A stretch of 64,000 bases of DNA from a virus. The stretch lies in IMG/VR virus record IMGVR_UViG_3300021091_000016, one strand, 5' to 3'. Positions 61,201 to 64,000 of this stretch are shown here, one piece after another. A program made the position numbers and the translations under genes. Under the pieces are notes generated by a model. It worked only from the letters and a program-made list of their open reading frames with translations, was not told the origin of the DNA and did no database searches. Position 1 is the first letter of the stretch. Every line of letters starts with the position of its first letter.

Positions 61201-62937
61201 ATAACCAAATTCAGAGATTTGCTTTAAATCACTAGCAAAGCGTTTATTAAGATTTATAGCTTCTATTGATGGTGCTAGCTCCTGCATTAGCTGAGCATAG
61301 ACCATTGACTTATATAAAGGACCCTTTCTTTGCTTGGCTAGCTCTGCTAGCTCTTTACCTTTTTCAGTTTGCTTTAAATATTCATTTAAGGCTTCTGCTT
61401 GCTGCATTGATTCTGTTAATGCTACATTTTCGTGTAGCATAGTATCTAACCCTGCAGTGTGGGTTTCCTTAAAGTCAGAAAGTATTTCAGTTAAAGCTTC
61501 CTCACTAGCTCCCTGCTCGAGCATATTAGTGAACATATACAAGCGTGACTGTGCTTCCATAGAAAGACCTATAGGTCTTTTTGCATCTAATAAGCCTGCA
61601 TTAATTAACATGCTTTGTTGTGCACGAATCACATCTTGAATATCTAAATTAGAAACCCCAGATGCAGTAGCTTGCATCTTAGCCTGTATATTACTAAAAT
61701 CCTTAAATAGCTTTGCTTCAGTTAAAGACTTATTATATTCAATACCAGTAGCATAAAATGGTTCAGCAGTAGATGCTGATATTGGTTGACCTAATTGAGC
61801 AAATGGACTTGCACTAAGATAAGCTCTAGAACGAATTTCAGCTACATCTGCCTTACTTAAATCTCCAGTGATGTTCTTTTCCGCGCGATACATCTGTTCT
61901 TCAATTTCTAAATAAGGCTGTGCAATCGCTCTAGTTTGTGCACCAAACTTTTTAGATTCAAAGCTAAGATTAGCAACAAATAAAGCCTTACCAGCTCTTG
62001 TTTGAGCAATTAGCTCCATAATATCTGACATAGGAGCATGCATTACATTTATTTTAGTAGACTCAAAAACATTCTGTACATACTGTCCCGAAAGCTTAAG
62101 TCTTTCAGCATAAGCCTGCTTTAGCTTATTAAAAAAGTTCGGATCATATTTAACATTTTTATCATACAAATATCTTAAATATTCCGCCTCTGAAGCATTT
62201 TGTTTAGCAAATTTTTCAAAGCCCTCTGAGCCTTCTAGTATGTATTTAGCTAAGAATTCCTCATCTCTAGAAAAAGCCTCATGAAAACCAACACCCTTTA
62301 ATAGCTCCTGATCCTGATAAATGCTTAAATCCTCAAGCATAATCCCAGCCTTTTGAAGCTCTTTCTCTGGTGCTAATATAGTATTGTCAGCATCTATTGC
62401 TGACAATCTGCGTAATCTATCCTCTAACGCATTTACCTTATTCTCCAAAACAACATTATTATTAAATTTATTCTGAGATTTTAATCGTTCTATATTTTGA
62501 ATTATTTCAGAATATTTGCGCTTATTCATTAAATAATCAGCAAATGCTATATCTCTATATGTCATTTGTTTAAGTAATGGTTCAAATTTAGCAGGCTCTC
62601 TTTGTCTTAATCCAGCTAAAACATCTATATCTACAGTAGAAGCACTAGAAGCTTTAGTAGCTGCATTAGCCTCAGATTCTATTTTTCTTATTAAATTAAC
62701 CTCAGGTATATATATATTTAAATTTCGATTATTCAAATCATACATAGCAATTTCATGTATAGACTCAGTCTTAAGACCAAGAGTCTCTATATCTAAAATC
62801 ACTGCATTTTTAAGAATACTCTCAGTACTACCAAAAACCTGCTCTTGTCTAGGCTGGTCAAAAGCCAGTTGTTTTTGACTTGGATCAGAAAGAAGAGTAT
62901 AGCTAGCGAAGCTAAAATTAGTTTTTTTCTTTTTCAT
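58237..62937 (-). CDS. Large protein (1566 aa): N-terminal DnaQ/DEDDh-like exonuclease plus C-terminal thermonuclease (SNase) domain
   Basis: ILDIETLG (ExoI), VANLSFE (ExoII-like), HTAGLD (ExoIII). VEDADT, FRLAGIDAPE, QPYAEQAK, YGR, NLELLKRG (SNase). Confidence 0.8.
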   Translation of the reverse strand: MKKKKTNFSFASYTLLSDPSQKQLAFDQPRQEQVFGSTESILKNAVILDIETLGLKTESIHEIAMYDLNNRNLNIYIPEVNLIRKIESEANAATKASSASTVDIDVLAGLRQREPAKFEPLLKQMTYRDIAFADYLMNKRKYSEIIQNIERLKSQNKFNNNVVLENKVNALEDRLRRLSAIDADNTILAPEKELQKAGIMLEDLSIYQDQELLKGVGFHEAFSRDEEFLAKYILEGSEGFEKFAKQNASEAEYLRYLYDKNVKYDPNFFNKLKQAYAERLKLSGQYVQNVFESTKINVMHAPMSDIMELIAQTRAGKALFVANLSFESKKFGAQTRAIAQPYLEIEEQMYRAEKNITGDLSKADVAEIRSRAYLSASPFAQLGQPISASTAEPFYATGIEYNKSLTEAKLFKDFSNIQAKMQATASGVSNLDIQDVIRAQQSMLINAGLLDAKRPIGLSMEAQSRLYMFTNMLEQGASEEALTEILSDFKETHTAGLDTMLHENVALTESMQQAEALNEYLKQTEKGKELAELAKQRKGPLYKSMVYAQLMQELAPSIEAINLNKRFASDLKQISEFGYVTQSRIIAKPLYRDQVSIFDYAFLERVKVQSPGYDRDFIQSYHEYKQSILNNPLYGYKNREQDYAKLEQELLANNFIYQTSRDAYEFVPELLDKSDQSEKAVATRNALVKFTTDREKTASDTIQSFKKVSSVLNKEQLLQKVDRIFHSDSILPIKPEAEISKGTAEQRVAQQIREALSMAQEHKQTASLLSTGNQKQYSLNVLNEIDEYSRITGYGTTPSGFTEQELTSARATYYSGEAIGSGAGTRTAAGVPNQTDFVEAFFESKHHADTGSNLTTEQILSRDKNNFAYLQKKSIQQAALRSSTFGKSQLAFESDINSINVYGNKSLEQYRLDFEDYQKTGKVITSYGTEYADPSYSKDLSTEQMAKQYAQVNVELEESYKQLPRTANAQVPILTEPELKQHLYEAPIDLSQKPTVTPGVESLESFERVSKQVPLLNASERNQIANKILTESFDNGLDKYYTQLLDSPAGAKFFGMYGAGVLGLAALSLQQTPEKPDSILSPDFDAWFQNQAQFFGGENEFRKRLNDKYYASSEGMSEQGIAPLLRKAMTDFGSPYQGPGISFAVFEDQKLMQERREYTRAAFTERYFTAKGDIYTMLRGFVGARFKEPMRSFPTSVEAITPQEAMSLKGANLVKLNLKDGYDITVEDADTITLQKRGTPDNALAKFMGSGNYSFRLAGIDAPETAHDDRAAQPYAEQAKAILQQMVDEGKDLSLVFDPANVTYGRQVATLMAGDKNLNLELLKRGAVAYLPYEGKGEEQMYNEKAFSAAQKYAMESRRGMFSQPFFQVYNDIYKQTNQSVTFNTFANYNKAARDSNLTNMLGVMLSAQKESKVTDAHKQEIEQIVNDIKFSQTKTKSKLDFLQTARLQLTYQDKRFGKPFQDDYSSIDMHLNPARHNEFLPELQNDLKRLIETKGSKQLTNKLQYNGSMLDNNIALIEATRNPVSHAAMPAASNRNKAARIRQMEALQHNANRSLKANPIQHNRM

Positions 62938-63665
62938 TTATCATCCAATAGAATCTCATCTCCTATCACTATAACATCATCCTGCTGAATTAATAAAGCC
63001 TCTCTAAGCTTTTGTATCTCCCCCAAAACCTTAGAGTTACTCTGCTCAGAGCCTAGCCTACTAATAAAATTAGCCTTAGCATTTCTAGTCTCTAAAAGCT
63101 TCTCTAACCATTTCTCTCTGCGTTTTTCTAAGCGCTCAATCAATTCAAGCAAAGGATGTAGCTTTGTTTGACTAGAAACATCACCATTCTCATTAAACCC
63201 AGTAATCTCAGTTAAAAGAAAATCCTTACCAAAGCCATTCTTATCTCCATTGGCTAATACAGTTAAAGCTCTATTCTTATATAAATCAATTAACGCTAGC
63301 TCATCTACAATAGACATCTCTACTGGATTATTAGGGTCTACATCCAGATGAGACATATACTCTATAATTTTTTGCTCTACAAAATATTTCTCTACAATAC
63401 AGCTTTGATTTACAGGATACATATCTAAGCTAAGCTTATTTAACTTACCATTATCATCTACATCAGGAATAGGACAACGAGAAAGAAAGGGACACTTATC
63501 TGGTCCCTGACATATAATAGGAGAAAGAGTGTGTACGCCTTGTGTAGCAACCTTATTTTTAACACGGTCTAGCTTATGCTGTGGTATTTTAGATAAATAT
63601 TTTTCGTAGCGTTCATCATTCGCTAGCTTATTAAAGTATTGCAGCTGTCGTTCTTGCTTAGACAT
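62934..63665 (-). CDS. Cys-motif protein (~243 aa), candidate terminase small subunit
   Basis: First gene of the operon, start set at MSKQERQ. CQGPDKCPFLSRC...C cluster and helical LERLEKRR..LEKLLETR region. TerS call rests on position only. Confidence 0.4.
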   Translation of the reverse strand: MSKQERQLQYFNKLANDERYEKYLSKIPQHKLDRVKNKVATQGVHTLSPIICQGPDKCPFLSRCPIPDVDDNGKLNKLSLDMYPVNQSCIVEKYFVEQKIIEYMSHLDVDPNNPVEMSIVDELALIDLYKNRALTVLANGDKNGFGKDFLLTEITGFNENGDVSSQTKLHPLLELIERLEKRREKWLEKLLETRNAKANFISRLGSEQSNSKVLGEIQKLREALLIQQDDVIVIGDEILLDDK

Positions 63666-63787
63666 AAAAATCCTATAGGTAAAAATAAAATATAAAATTA
63701 TAAATTTCAAAATAACAGAAAAAAGGAAAAAGCAAAAGTTTTTTACAATAGATAGTTAAATGTTGGGGGAGGTTTATATAGATAGTC

Positions 63788-63903
63788 CCGATAGCTTTTC
63801 GGTCTTTTTGAGCCCACCCCGGGTGACATCTACACTCCCTGCTGGAGTGAACGGGGCTTCCCAGCTGCATCTCATGCAGTGCTACACCTTCGTAGCGAAT
63901 CTG
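63788..63903. other. GC-rich multi-hairpin element between divergent transcription units
   Basis: Inverted repeats CCGA/TCGG, AGCCC/GGGCT, CACTCC/GGAGTG, CTGCAT/ATGCAG, GCTAC/GTAGC; 53 of 90 nt are G+C over 63811-63900. Confidence 0.55.
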
Positions 63904-63922
63904 TACATAAAAGGAGATTATC

Positions 63923-64000
63923 ATGTACAACTTCATCCTTTCCTTCATCATATCCTTCTTTGGGTTTTTTGCTTTCAGTGAAAAGCCCAAGAAGGAAGCA
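63923..64000 (+). CDS. Partial divergent CDS with hydrophobic N-terminus (MYNFILSFIISFFGFFAFSEKPKKEA...)
   Basis: AAGGAG SD at 63911-63916, ATG at 63923, open to the window end. Confidence 0.7.
   Translation, partial: MYNFILSFIISFFGFFAFSEKPKKEA

Larger units (their letters stand above)
1..63665 (-). mobile_element. Jumbo myovirus-type phage structural/morphogenesis module
   Basis: Co-oriented terminase, portal, protease, capsid, neck, sheath, tube and baseplate genes in canonical order; no host housekeeping genes; very tight gene packing. Confidence 0.95.

Noticed and set aside
8116-62937. Shared C-terminal [N/G]-R-[M/L/I] in four proteins (HNRM, IGRL, GNRI, GGRL) as a targeting signal
   Set aside because: Explained by SD-like AGGA/GGAGG sequences for the next coupled gene lying in the last codons.
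427-63990. Short plus-strand and nested ORFs in the track (e.g. 427..675, 22176..22670, 45739..46200, 50446..50946, 63673..63990, 63760..63981)
   Set aside because: Antisense or alternative-frame shadows of long genes, or spanning the hairpin island, with no SD or recognisable motifs.
1-64000. Genome-wide TGA reassignment (code 4/25) to explain the TGA at 20195
   Set aside because: TGA is a real stop elsewhere (3593, 5593, 7254, 7598, 38373, 52483, 62934, several in ATGA overlaps), and no other long gene is interrupted under code 11.

Overview
The window is the virion morphogenesis region of a large, AT-rich (roughly 30% G+C by eye) contractile-tailed phage. About 40 tightly packed, often overlapping genes run on the minus strand over ~63.7 kb. 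Reading right to left: putative small terminase; a 1566-aa DEDDh-exonuclease/thermonuclease fusion; Gly-rich membrane-like proteins around the large terminase; portal; prohead protease/scaffold; head protein and major capsid protein; neck; sheath; three tube-like paralogs; two tail-chaperone-like genes; a 1675-aa tape-measure-position protein; a giant RNA-polymerase-like locus; a 3025-aa baseplate hub with an M15 peptidase; gp25/J wedge; distal tail genes. A divergent plus-strand gene starts at the right edge behind a GC-rich multi-hairpin element. The gene types resemble Bacillus phage G / 0305phi8-36-like jumbo myoviruses (recognised from memory, not searched). Main finding: ORFs 20195..26749 and 18386..20023 are in the same frame, separated only by one TGA and 57 sense codons. 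Together they carry beta-like and beta'-like two-barrel RNA polymerase motifs, including DFDGD, so they form a candidate 2787-aa single-chain virion RNA polymerase. It has hydrophobic segments near both ends and a ~1000-aa insert, containing the TGA, inside the catalytic barrel. Second finding: a palindrome, TGTCA-N4-TGACA, forms 24-bp-phased arrays inside three unrelated genes. All functional calls come from reading motifs and synteny by eye; no searches were run.
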